Positions 9,588 through 18,464 are shown, counted from the stretch's first letter. The stretch is 27,256 nucleotides of DNA from Candidatus Hodarchaeota archaeon (GCA_016840035.1 JAEOTC010000133.1:1-27256); one strand, 5' to 3'. Notes: a model not told the origin generated them from the letters alone. A program made the numbers and translations.

Positions 9588-10235
9588 ATGTCAAAGCTTC
9601 AGTGTCTGATCTGGGATGTAGATGGTACACTTCTCGATAATACTAATTCAATTATTTCTCTTTTTCAAGATATTGTCATAAAATATCTTGGTGAAGAAAA
9701 AAGTATGACCAAAAAAGAGGTATTGTCATTATGGGGTCCTCCTGGAGATGAAATTTTTAGAAAAGTTTTCCCTCCTGACGTTGTCGATGATGCATGGAAC
9801 GAATTTTTATCAAAATATCGTGAGACCCATACTAAGGAAGGCTTCTTCTCTTCCAATGAATTAAATGCCTTTCGAAAATATGTAAAATATTTAGCAATTT
9901 TTACAGGCAAATCACGCTATACAAATACCATTTCACTTGAGGAACTTGGCATCACAGATTGTTTTGATCTTATTTATACTGGTAGCGATGTTGAAAATTC
10001 AAAACCCTTTCCTGATGCCCTTTTTAGAATTTTAGACGATTTAAAACTGAAACCTGATGAAGTGATTTTTATTGGGGATAGTCATTTGGATGTTCTTGCT
10101 GGAAAAGCTGCTGGAGTCCCTACTGCTGCGGCTAAATGGGGTGCTGTTGAGATAGATAAATTAATACAGAGTAAACCTGATTATGTTTTTGAGACACCAA
10201 AGGAGTTCATTCAGTTTATTAAATCCAGATCATAA
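9588..10235 (+). CDS. HAD-superfamily phosphatase (Gph/PpaX-like)
   Basis: WDVDGTLLD motif I, FTGK, KPFPD and FIGDSHLD motifs. Confidence 0.9.
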   Translation: MSKLQCLIWDVDGTLLDNTNSIISLFQDIVIKYLGEEKSMTKKEVLSLWGPPGDEIFRKVFPPDVVDDAWNEFLSKYRETHTKEGFFSSNELNAFRKYVKYLAIFTGKSRYTNTISLEELGITDCFDLIYTGSDVENSKPFPDALFRILDDLKLKPDEVIFIGDSHLDVLAGKAAGVPTAAAKWGAVEIDKLIQSKPDYVFETPKEFIQFIKSRS

Positions 10236-12395
10236 ATGGGTACTGATTGTATGACTAAAAAATTGATTGAAACCACCTTTCCAATAGTGGAAATAAGTAA
10301 ACTGGCAATACCAGAACGAAGCAGTTATAAACCGATTTATCAGATATCTAAGTGGTTTGCCCGTCGATCCTCATCAATTTTTAGAGCTATACTTCTAGGG
10401 TGTATATTAGACCCATCTGAGAATCTTATGGAACATTTTTACACAACGGAAGATACTTTGAATGAACATGTAATCCTTGATCCATTTATGGGAGGAGGAA
10501 CTAGCATCATAGAGGCTTTAAGGCTTGGAATGAAATGTATAGGAGTAGATATTAATCCTGTTGCTTGGTTTATCACAAAAACTGAGAGTATGATAGTAGA
10601 AACAGAAGAATTACATGAATTAATTTCGACATGTACAGAAAATCTGGAAGCTAAGGTAAAAAAGTGGTATAAAACTTCCTGCCCAGAATGTAAAAGCTCT
10701 GCAGATCTAATCTATACACATTGGGTTAAATGTCTCCCATGTCCAACATGCAGGTCAGTTATTCCACTTTTTCGAAATTTCCTTGTTGGTTATTTAGCAA
10801 ATGAAACCTTCTTGCTCTGTCCTTCATGTTACATGGTTTTTCCCTCAGAAAAACCAGTTGATTCCGAAATCACATGTCCACAGTGTGATACAGGTTTTAA
10901 TGCAAATAGTGGTTACCGAAAAGGGAGAAAGGAGATTGAATGTCCTGAATGTAAGGATTCATTTCAACTGTTAACAGCAATCCAATCTACAAAAGACCCA
11001 CTTGAGAGTAAACCCTATGCTATTGAAGGATTTTGTCCACATTGTGCGAATGAGAAAAACTCTGATTCAAAACTAACAAAATCGAATTTCAAATTTATCA
11101 AAATGGTATCAAGTGATGATTTGGATCTTTATGAAAAAGCAGAAAATCATTGGTTGACCTATTCGAACCAATACCTTTGGCCACAGGAACAAATTCCTTT
11201 AGGGCAGACCACAAAAGTTCTATTGAACCATAATTACACTAAATGGTCTAACCTTTTCAACTCTCGGCAACTACTAACACTAAGTCTGATTATGAGATAT
11301 ATCAGCAATATTAAGGACGATAATGGTCAAGAATTGTTCTTGGCTGCATTTCTTAATCTTCTTAATCATAATAATTGTTTTACGCGATATTCTCCTAAAG
11401 GACAGAAAGTGGAAGGGATATTCTCTCGTCATGATTTCCATCCTCTATCTACATATACTGAAAACAATGTTTGGGGAACTAAATATGGCAGGGGTACTTG
11501 GATAAAGTGCCTTTCAAGATTGTTAAAAGGAAAAGTGTATAACTTACAACCATACAATTTTGAGTATTATCTCGATACAGATAATATTGTCAAACGTCGA
11601 CGGGTAATCGTTGGAAAAATTGATGGAAACGAACATAGGGGGGAAATAAGGGACTTTTCCAAGGCTAACAGTAATGTACTCCTATTATGTCAAGATTCTG
11701 AAGAATTTCCTGAAAACTTCCCAAAAGTAGATTTTCTAATAACTGATCCTCCTTATGCAGATAATGTAAACTATTCTGAATTGTCTGATTTCTTATATGT
11801 TTGGATTAGATTAATATTAAGAAAAAGATACGGTTTTTTTTCGTTAACTGAAACTCCCAAGTCTGGTGAGGCGATAGAAACAAAAAATAGGGATACTGAC
11901 TACTATCAGAAATTATCTAATATTTTTAACAACTGTAGAAGATCTCTTAACCCAGGAGGGCTATTTGTGTTTACTTTTCATCACAGTAGTCCTGATACCT
12001 GGTTCAAGTTATCTCAAGTAATTGAAAACTCAGGATTTAACGTTGTAAAGACTCATACAATACAGAGTGAAGCAATGAATGTATTGAATATTCAGAATAA
12101 GAAAGCAATCTCCTGTGATTTAATAATTGTTTGTCAATCAATGCTTGAGGACACTCGTGAAGAAATTTCATTAAATAAATTCGTGAAAAGATTGAAGAAG
12201 AATTTTCTTGATAAAATTACTTATTATTCAGAAATTGGATTGTCAATTCACGTGAATAACAAGATTGTAGTATTTTTCGGAGAATATTTAGAAATTTTTT
12301 CACGATATCAACCAATTTACAGATCTACACCTGTACCTAGAGATGAACTATGGAAAACTTGTAAAGAACTTCTGGGAAGTTTGAATCCTATATGA
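10236..12395 (+). CDS. DNA methyltransferase 2: large Zn-ribbon adenine MTase (DUF1156/COG1743-like); start may be ATG 10251
   Basis: KWFARR N-terminal motif, ILDPFMGGGT, GVDINP, six CxxC pairs (CPEC, CPTC, CPSC, CPQC, CPEC, CPHC), TDPPYADNVNYSELSDF and FVFTFHH. Confidence 0.88.
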   Translation: MGTDCMTKKLIETTFPIVEISKLAIPERSSYKPIYQISKWFARRSSSIFRAILLGCILDPSENLMEHFYTTEDTLNEHVILDPFMGGGTSIIEALRLGMKCIGVDINPVAWFITKTESMIVETEELHELISTCTENLEAKVKKWYKTSCPECKSSADLIYTHWVKCLPCPTCRSVIPLFRNFLVGYLANETFLLCPSCYMVFPSEKPVDSEITCPQCDTGFNANSGYRKGRKEIECPECKDSFQLLTAIQSTKDPLESKPYAIEGFCPHCANEKNSDSKLTKSNFKFIKMVSSDDLDLYEKAENHWLTYSNQYLWPQEQIPLGQTTKVLLNHNYTKWSNLFNSRQLLTLSLIMRYISNIKDDNGQELFLAAFLNLLNHNNCFTRYSPKGQKVEGIFSRHDFHPLSTYTENNVWGTKYGRGTWIKCLSRLLKGKVYNLQPYNFEYYLDTDNIVKRRRVIVGKIDGNEHRGEIRDFSKANSNVLLLCQDSEEFPENFPKVDFLITDPPYADNVNYSELSDFLYVWIRLILRKRYGFFSLTETPKSGEAIETKNRDTDYYQKLSNIFNNCRRSLNPGGLFVFTFHHSSPDTWFKLSQVIENSGFNVVKTHTIQSEAMNVLNIQNKKAISCDLIIVCQSMLEDTREEISLNKFVKRLKKNFLDKITYYSEIGLSIHVNNKIVVFFGEYLEIFSRYQPIYRSTPVPRDELWKTCKELLGSLNPI

Positions 12396-12401
12396 ATTTG
12401 A

Positions 12402-13187
12402 GTGTGTAGAATGAATCACGAATCTAAATACCAGTTGGTTTTCGGAGATGTCAATGAAACCTTACTTCTGGTAGCTAAGGATAGATTTTTTGATTTAATA
12501 ATTGCTGATCCTCCATTTGGAATTTCTTTTAGTAAATCATCTCACGAATATGGAGCAAGCGATTATCACTTATATAAAGACGATTTTACACCCGAAAATT
12601 ATTATGAGTTTTCTAAAAAATGGATTTCTAATTGTTATAATGCACTCAATCCAACTGGTAGTCTTTACATCATTTCTGGCTGGACTAATCTTCAGTATAT
12701 ACTAAATGCGGTTGAAACAACTGAATTTCACATGCTCAATCATGCTATCTGGCACTTTTCTTGGGGAGTATACACAAAACGACGATTTGTTACAAGTCAT
12801 TATCATATCTTATTACTGGTTAAAAACCCGAAGAAATATCAATTCGTAAAACAGAAACACTACGATGAAGATGTCTTCTTTTGGAAGGAATACAACCGAG
12901 GAAATGATCCACATCGAATAAAAGGGCATCCTTGTCAACTACCAATTGTGCTCCTCGAAAAATTAATCTTAACTTCTAGCTCCGTTGGAGATCTTGTTGG
13001 TGATGTGTTTTCTGGATCTGGAGGAACGATATTAGCCGCACGACGGACTGGGAGAGATGTAATTGGATTTGAATTAAGGGAAGAGTACAAAACAATTATT
13101 GAGGAGAAAGCTTTATTTGGCAAGAAACTAGAGAAAGAATCAGTGACCACTACTCTTGATAAATTTCTAGATAAAGAAGATTCATAA
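12402..13187 (+). CDS. DNA methyltransferase 3: beta-class N4/N6 MTase; start likely ATG 12411
   Basis: Catalytic DLIIADPPF near the N-terminus. HPCQLP, DVFSGSGGT and GFEL lie near the C-terminus. Confidence 0.9.
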   Translation: MCRMNHESKYQLVFGDVNETLLLVAKDRFFDLIIADPPFGISFSKSSHEYGASDYHLYKDDFTPENYYEFSKKWISNCYNALNPTGSLYIISGWTNLQYILNAVETTEFHMLNHAIWHFSWGVYTKRRFVTSHYHILLLVKNPKKYQFVKQKHYDEDVFFWKEYNRGNDPHRIKGHPCQLPIVLLEKLILTSSSVGDLVGDVFSGSGGTILAARRTGRDVIGFELREEYKTIIEEKALFGKKLEKESVTTTLDKFLDKEDS

Positions 13188-13213
13188 ATTCTGTTGGCAG
13201 GAAATATCATTTT

Positions 13214-15007
13214 TCAGAAATTTTTGTCGAATGAAGAGCAATCGTACAGTTTTATAACTATATTATCAATTTCTTCCTTGAATGAATCAGAAGGAATATC
13301 CTTAATGCCATAATTCTGAAATAGCGATTTAATAACACCAATTGTCTTTTCATTTTCTTCAGGAGGACGAATCGGAAGACGTTTTAAGTTTCTAATAGAA
13401 ATGGCATTAGTATACTTCGAGCCAAGATTGAATTGATTCTCATAATACCAATTCATTAGTCGGGAGTTAAGTATGGATACAATATAATAGATATAATCTG
13501 GTTTTTTTCTCCATCTTTCTTTTAACTTGATATTATAAACATTCTGTGTTGTTAGAACATTGTTTAACTCTACTGTAGCACAGGGAAACCGTTTGATTTT
13601 CTGAATGATAATCTTAGGAGATTGATAAAGCTCTTTATTTTTCTTTGATTTAAACTCTATTGAGTCATCGAAGTAATGAGATGATTTTATATAATATTGA
13701 TCGAAATCATCACCAGTTAGAATTGGAATAGTATGATTGGTAGAAATTATTGGGTTAATAAGGTATTTAGTCTTTAAATGACTTTTATCTAAAATTTTAT
13801 GACATTGGGGACACTCAATTCTGGGTTTTCTACTTGACAGAGGAACCCAATAAGTACAGAAGTTGCAATACATCACTCCTCCCCTTTTACTCAATTCTTC
13901 ACCCCGTTGTATTGTCACATATTCCTCTAATGGTTTTGTTTTCTCTTTTATAGAAGAAATTATCTTGTAAGATGTTGGATCAGTTGTTATTGTGAATATA
14001 TAATCAGTATTTGTCAGATAGACTCTCTGTTGAATCGAGTGTTTGTTATTAATTGATATAATGTTGGTCTGCTTTTCCTCATCTGTTAAATGAGCAATTA
14101 GAGTAATGAATTCCTGTGTAACATTCTGGAATAGCTCATGAAAAATTAACGATTTCAATTGATAATTCTCAAGAAGAAACTTCCGTAAATTTACATACTG
14201 ATTTGAACGTGTAAGGTTTTTCGGAAGATAATATGCTAGGGAGCCATCCTTTGGTTTAAGTAAATTAGTACTTTGATAAATAAAAAGTTCAAATGAGTTT
14301 AAATTCCGTCTTGAACCCGATAATTCAAATTTCTCAAAATAGTGACGGCGTTCCTCCTTTGTTAGATGACTTCCCCATGGAGGGTTTCCGATAATGAGAT
14401 CAAATCCTGGGAATTCCTTAGGAATCGCCCTCCATGAAGTTAAATTGCTTTCAAGGAAATTTCCATTTATTACATTAGTCTTTGCCCATTCCTGGACAAA
14501 TTTCCTTTCAATTTTAAAATCATATTTGGATAAGAGTTCATGGCTAACTGTTAGAGTATTTGAATCTAGCTCCATCCCATATAGGTTCCCTAAGAATTGT
14601 TTATTAGGTGTTTCTTGACAATCTTTCCCTAATTCTCTAATTCTTTTGGATATCGATTCAGATATACGACGGAGTATTTCAAATGAAGTAATCAGAAACT
14701 CTCCCTCCCCAACTGAACCATCTAATATTGTTAAATTAGATATGAGACATAATATTGTTTTTAATAGATCAACATCTCTTGAATTAATTATATGTTTTAG
14801 AGAAAGGGAAATTTCACCCCAATCTCGAATTTTTGAGGAGATTATAAACTCTATTGCTTGAGTTGTTAGTTCAGATGCGAGTTTGTTCGGTGTATAGAAA
14901 GCACCATAAGTTTTTTGGAAATTATTTTTCTCTACTGGAGACATACTCGGACTACCTATAGGAGCTTTCTTATTTCGAAAGTTGAATGCTATTTTGACAT
15001 ACGACAC
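13214..15007 (-). CDS. DNA methyltransferase 4: gamma-class N6-adenine MTase (TaqI/Eco57I-like) with C-terminal target-recognition domain; start likely ATG 14944
   Basis: GAFYTP, ILDGSVGEGEFL, LYGMELD, GNFL and FDLIIGNPPW. The TRD region has PKIIIQKI and ILNSRLMNWYY...LKRLPI, plus a CxxC..CxxC insertion. Confidence 0.9.
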   Translation of the reverse strand: MSYVKIAFNFRNKKAPIGSPSMSPVEKNNFQKTYGAFYTPNKLASELTTQAIEFIISSKIRDWGEISLSLKHIINSRDVDLLKTILCLISNLTILDGSVGEGEFLITSFEILRRISESISKRIRELGKDCQETPNKQFLGNLYGMELDSNTLTVSHELLSKYDFKIERKFVQEWAKTNVINGNFLESNLTSWRAIPKEFPGFDLIIGNPPWGSHLTKEERRHYFEKFELSGSRRNLNSFELFIYQSTNLLKPKDGSLAYYLPKNLTRSNQYVNLRKFLLENYQLKSLIFHELFQNVTQEFITLIAHLTDEEKQTNIISINNKHSIQQRVYLTNTDYIFTITTDPTSYKIISSIKEKTKPLEEYVTIQRGEELSKRGGVMYCNFCTYWVPLSSRKPRIECPQCHKILDKSHLKTKYLINPIISTNHTIPILTGDDFDQYYIKSSHYFDDSIEFKSKKNKELYQSPKIIIQKIKRFPCATVELNNVLTTQNVYNIKLKERWRKKPDYIYYIVSILNSRLMNWYYENQFNLGSKYTNAISIRNLKRLPIRPPEENEKTIGVIKSLFQNYGIKDIPSDSFKEEIDNIVIKLYDCSSFDKNF

Positions 15008-17879
15008 AAGTTTCCTGTGAAATTAACCATTCTTCAAGGTGCTCTTTATGATAGGCTTGATTACAAATCGGGCAATGAAGAAGAAGATTATCCCTCTTTG
15101 TATCTTCTAGGCATAAAATACATCGATTCGGCATTACTTCAACATTGAATTCTTGATTCTTTTCAGCTTCTACCAAATTTAATTTTGAAAACTTAGTTTG
15201 GATTGTTTTTAATCTTGAATCTATTTTAATTTCCCTCTTTCTAGTTGATGACTCATGTTTAATAAAAATTACCGATCCATGGGTTTGTATATGGTTGTAT
15301 AAATCTTTAAAGAGAGGAATCGAACCTTTACTTGGGATATTACCAACAATTATCATTTTTTTCTTTGCTCTTGTAAGTGCAACATTCAATCTACGCTCAT
15401 CTTCAAGTAAATGTGGAGAATTAAGAGTACATAACGATAAAATGATGACTTCCTTATCTGATCCTTGAAATCGGTCAATAGTATCAACTATTACCTCAGA
15501 ATTGTCTTTTAAACCTCTTCTAATTTCAGCTACTTGTCCCCTAAAGGGAGCAATAACTCCCAGACAATTTGGCGGGGTTCCTAAGTCTAACAATTCATCT
15601 ACTAGCTGTTTAATTACACGGACTTCTCCTAAATTTACCCGACGATTACGATTAAATTCAGTATTCACACCTGCATATACAAGGGGTTGGTTTGGATCTA
15701 AAATTGATTGCATAAGCTGATTTTTATTAGAAAGGTCAATTTGAGTAGGTAATAGGCTCCAAAGTAGTTGATTTGCAACCGAATCATTAATTGCTTTTAC
15801 TTTACCTTCATAATATCGTTGATTACTAAAATTCATTAATTCCTTATTCATTCGATATTGAAATCTTAAAAGAACATTAGAATCAGGGTATTTTTGTTTC
15901 AAACGTAAGAATAGACTTGTTCCCAATCCTTGGGTTTCTGCTTGTCGACTCTGAACCAATGGAGGTAGTTGTTTATCATCCCCTACAAGTATGAATTTTT
16001 CTCCTTTTGCAATTGCTGATAGCAAATATGGTTCAGCCATCTGTGTAGCTTCGTCTACGATTACTACATCAAAATATAGATCATCATAAATACTTTTACT
16101 TATAGTACTTGTCGTAGCAGCAATTATTGGCACTTCAGTAAGCTCTTGGTATGAATGTTTTTGATTTTTTAACAAATATGGTGTTACGACAGAATTAACA
16201 GAGGCCTCAATCCCTAATCGGGTGATTTGATCCTCTTTACTCTTTAATCGGGAGTTTTTCATGTGTGTAACTAATATATTGTCTACAGCAGTATTAGTAT
16301 ACGAGGTTAAAAGAATAGACTTTCTTTTTTTTCGGAATTCATCAATTAGCTTGGAAATTGTGTACGTTTTACCTGTACCGGCAGGTCCCTGTATTAAACA
16401 ATAGTCTTTCGCATCTATTGACTTTTGAATTGCTGCAAGCTGAGATTCATCAACATCCTCAATATCAATTTTTTCTATCCCTTCATATTGGGGTTTAACT
16501 CCTTCTATTATCAATTTATGAGTTTTATGACTCGATTTCAAGCCTACTGATAATTCAAATAAATTTTTGTTCAATCTTCGAAAATTAAAGTCTGAGGAAT
16601 AGCTATCGAGGAAGGAACTAGGTGGGATTGGATTATAACTTCTAATGGTGACGGAAGATTGGTTAATCGAGGTGATGGTTGCTACCATGGTTTTGTCAGT
16701 TGTTGGATTACCATTGCTGAGTATTACTGGTTCTCCAGGTTTCAATTCCGAATGATTCTTACATTTGAAGGTATGTTGATTATTCTTTGAATACTCTGAT
16801 AAGAGGCCTGAAATTGCTTTTCCAAGTTTGATTCTACCATTCGGATTCAATTTCCATAGAATGGAGAACTCTTGACGATTTTTCAAATGCTCTAGACGTA
16901 ATAATGAAATAAAATGCTTGAAGTAGTTATAGGCTTTACTTGATTTCCCCTGCTCTAATTCATCAAACAGATTACATATCTCTTTTACAAAACAATATCT
17001 ACAAGCTGATATCTTAATAGTTGGAGGAAGATAATCCTCGTATTGGAACATGTAACAGTAATTCCTTGCCACATGAATATTCTGTAATAACTGATTATCG
17101 ATGGTTGTCACCCTATATGAAGGGACCCCTAATCCAGAATATATGACATATGATTTTTTTACAGCCTTTTCAGGAGAAGAGCTTAATCCGTGCATGTAAA
17201 TTAAAGTTTGATATAAATCTGATGGCCATGTATTTATCTCTATAGAGGGAATTCTTTTACCAGTCTTAAGTTCATAGAGCTCCCCTTTTGTCCAGAAATC
17301 TATACGTCCCATTACTCCATATAACGGAGAGAGAAATGTCATTTCTGGAATTACATCTACTTTCTTCCATTCTTCTGCAGATTGAGCCAAACCATTGAGG
17401 ACTGGTGTTATTTCTTCCCTTAATTCCTTTATATTTACACCAAGGTATGAGAGCTGAAATTGATATTGTTGAATTATTCGGTTTCTTGCTTCTTGGATAG
17501 TTGTATTATGGGAGACTAATAACGAAAAAATGTCATGAATAATTAAACCTCGGACCATTGGTAAAGTAGGTTTTGTCTCCCCCCTTATAAATTGCAGGTA
17601 ACTCTGTCTCGGACAAACATGAGCACTTGCGATAGCTCGTGAGTTAACTAGAATATTTGGATTAATGATTATGAGTGTATCAGGAGTAGTTTCATACTCT
17701 CCTTCTTCAATGTAAAAAGGGTCAATGATTCGGATCTGGGTAAGATAAGCAAGTTTGGAAAAAGGAACATATATCCAAGGTTTATTCAACCTTAATATAA
17801 GAGCTTGTTGAGCATGATTATCAAACAACTCTATAGTTCCGTTCTTACGGTTCAAAAAGAGAGTATTCAAGATAGCCAT
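14970..17879 (-). CDS. dna2: Dna2-like Fe-S nuclease / SF1 helicase with C-terminal RING-like zinc finger
   Basis: Nuclease: CPR, RGLIIH, E..GRID..ELKTG, QTLIY and CRYCxxxxxC. Helicase: QGPAGTGKT, SYTNTAVD, VDEATQ, LVGDDKQLPP, QYRMN, IAPFRGQ, TIDRFQGSDK and RLNVALTRAK. C-terminus: Cx2C-x12-Cx2C-x4-Hx2H-x3-W-x6-Cx2C. Confidence 0.88.
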   Translation of the reverse strand: MAILNTLFLNRKNGTIELFDNHAQQALILRLNKPWIYVPFSKLAYLTQIRIIDPFYIEEGEYETTPDTLIIINPNILVNSRAIASAHVCPRQSYLQFIRGETKPTLPMVRGLIIHDIFSLLVSHNTTIQEARNRIIQQYQFQLSYLGVNIKELREEITPVLNGLAQSAEEWKKVDVIPEMTFLSPLYGVMGRIDFWTKGELYELKTGKRIPSIEINTWPSDLYQTLIYMHGLSSSPEKAVKKSYVIYSGLGVPSYRVTTIDNQLLQNIHVARNYCYMFQYEDYLPPTIKISACRYCFVKEICNLFDELEQGKSSKAYNYFKHFISLLRLEHLKNRQEFSILWKLNPNGRIKLGKAISGLLSEYSKNNQHTFKCKNHSELKPGEPVILSNGNPTTDKTMVATITSINQSSVTIRSYNPIPPSSFLDSYSSDFNFRRLNKNLFELSVGLKSSHKTHKLIIEGVKPQYEGIEKIDIEDVDESQLAAIQKSIDAKDYCLIQGPAGTGKTYTISKLIDEFRKKRKSILLTSYTNTAVDNILVTHMKNSRLKSKEDQITRLGIEASVNSVVTPYLLKNQKHSYQELTEVPIIAATTSTISKSIYDDLYFDVVIVDEATQMAEPYLLSAIAKGEKFILVGDDKQLPPLVQSRQAETQGLGTSLFLRLKQKYPDSNVLLRFQYRMNKELMNFSNQRYYEGKVKAINDSVANQLLWSLLPTQIDLSNKNQLMQSILDPNQPLVYAGVNTEFNRNRRVNLGEVRVIKQLVDELLDLGTPPNCLGVIAPFRGQVAEIRRGLKDNSEVIVDTIDRFQGSDKEVIILSLCTLNSPHLLEDERRLNVALTRAKKKMIIVGNIPSKGSIPLFKDLYNHIQTHGSVIFIKHESSTRKREIKIDSRLKTIQTKFSKLNLVEAEKNQEFNVEVMPNRCILCLEDTKRDNLLLHCPICNQAYHKEHLEEWLISQETCVVCQNSIQLSK

Positions 17880-18011
17880 TATCTCACACTACAAAATTTA
17901 GGATATAAATTCTGCTATCAGAACTATCTATTTCATAATATAGATAGAAGTTTTTATATTCATAAAATAATGTCTGGTGATGTACTAAACATTAATGAGA
18001 GAAGAATAACA

Positions 18012-18464
18012 ATGAAGGGTCTTACGCATATTTTTTTTGGACTTGGAGTTATCAGTTCGGTGTTAGTGTATATAGACGTATCAATATTGTTGTGGGGAGT
18101 CGGTACGTTAATATTAACACCAATGTTTTCTCGTTTACCTGATTACGATCAAAAAATAGCGAAAATAACTTTTAATCAAGTTATTCCCCATCGTGGTAAA
18201 CTTTCACATAATTTATTTTACGGGTTACCAGTTATATTATGCTTCTCACTCGGAAATTTCCCATTATTACAGATGGTTATAATCTCATCATTTGGAGCAA
18301 TTTTCGTCCATGTAGTTCTTGATGCCTGTAATTCAGGGGGAGTATGGATCGGTTTTTGGCATTTTTCTCTCTTTAAGATTCGCTGGGATTCTTTCTGGGC
18401 CAATTCGCTTTTTAAACTCGTAGGAATAGGATTACTTGGAATAGCAACCATTGCTAATCTGTAA
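18012..18464 (+). CDS. Membrane-bound metal-dependent hydrolase (YdjM-like); start re-called from 17805 to ATG 18012
   Basis: MKGLTH, LPDYD, HRGKLSH and HVVLD motifs with TM segments. The family begins at the MxxxTH motif, and the longer start would overlap the dna2 5' end. Confidence 0.8.
   Translation: MKGLTHIFFGLGVISSVLVYIDVSILLWGVGTLILTPMFSRLPDYDQKIAKITFNQVIPHRGKLSHNLFYGLPVILCFSLGNFPLLQMVIISSFGAIFVHVVLDACNSGGVWIGFWHFSLFKIRWDSFWANSLFKLVGIGLLGIATIANL

Noticed and set aside
14945-15007. Apparent 38-nt overlap between dna2 and MTase4
   Set aside because: Probably an artefact of the longest-ORF GTG start. ATG 14944 sits just before motif X and removes the overlap.
16960-17640. Cas4-like nuclease suggesting a CRISPR or casposon locus
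   Set aside because: It is the Fe-S PD-(D/E)xK domain of a Dna2-type fusion with an SF1 helicase. No cas1, cas2 or repeat-spacer array is visible.
7327-17879. Integrated mobile element or provirus carrying the MTases
   Set aside because: No integrase, transposase, tRNA attachment site, flanking direct repeats or obvious compositional shift was seen by eye. An old insertion cannot be excluded.
17805-18011. N-terminal extension of the YdjM-like ORF overlapping dna2 head-to-head
   Set aside because: The family motif starts at ATG 18012, and the extension looks like promoter DNA.
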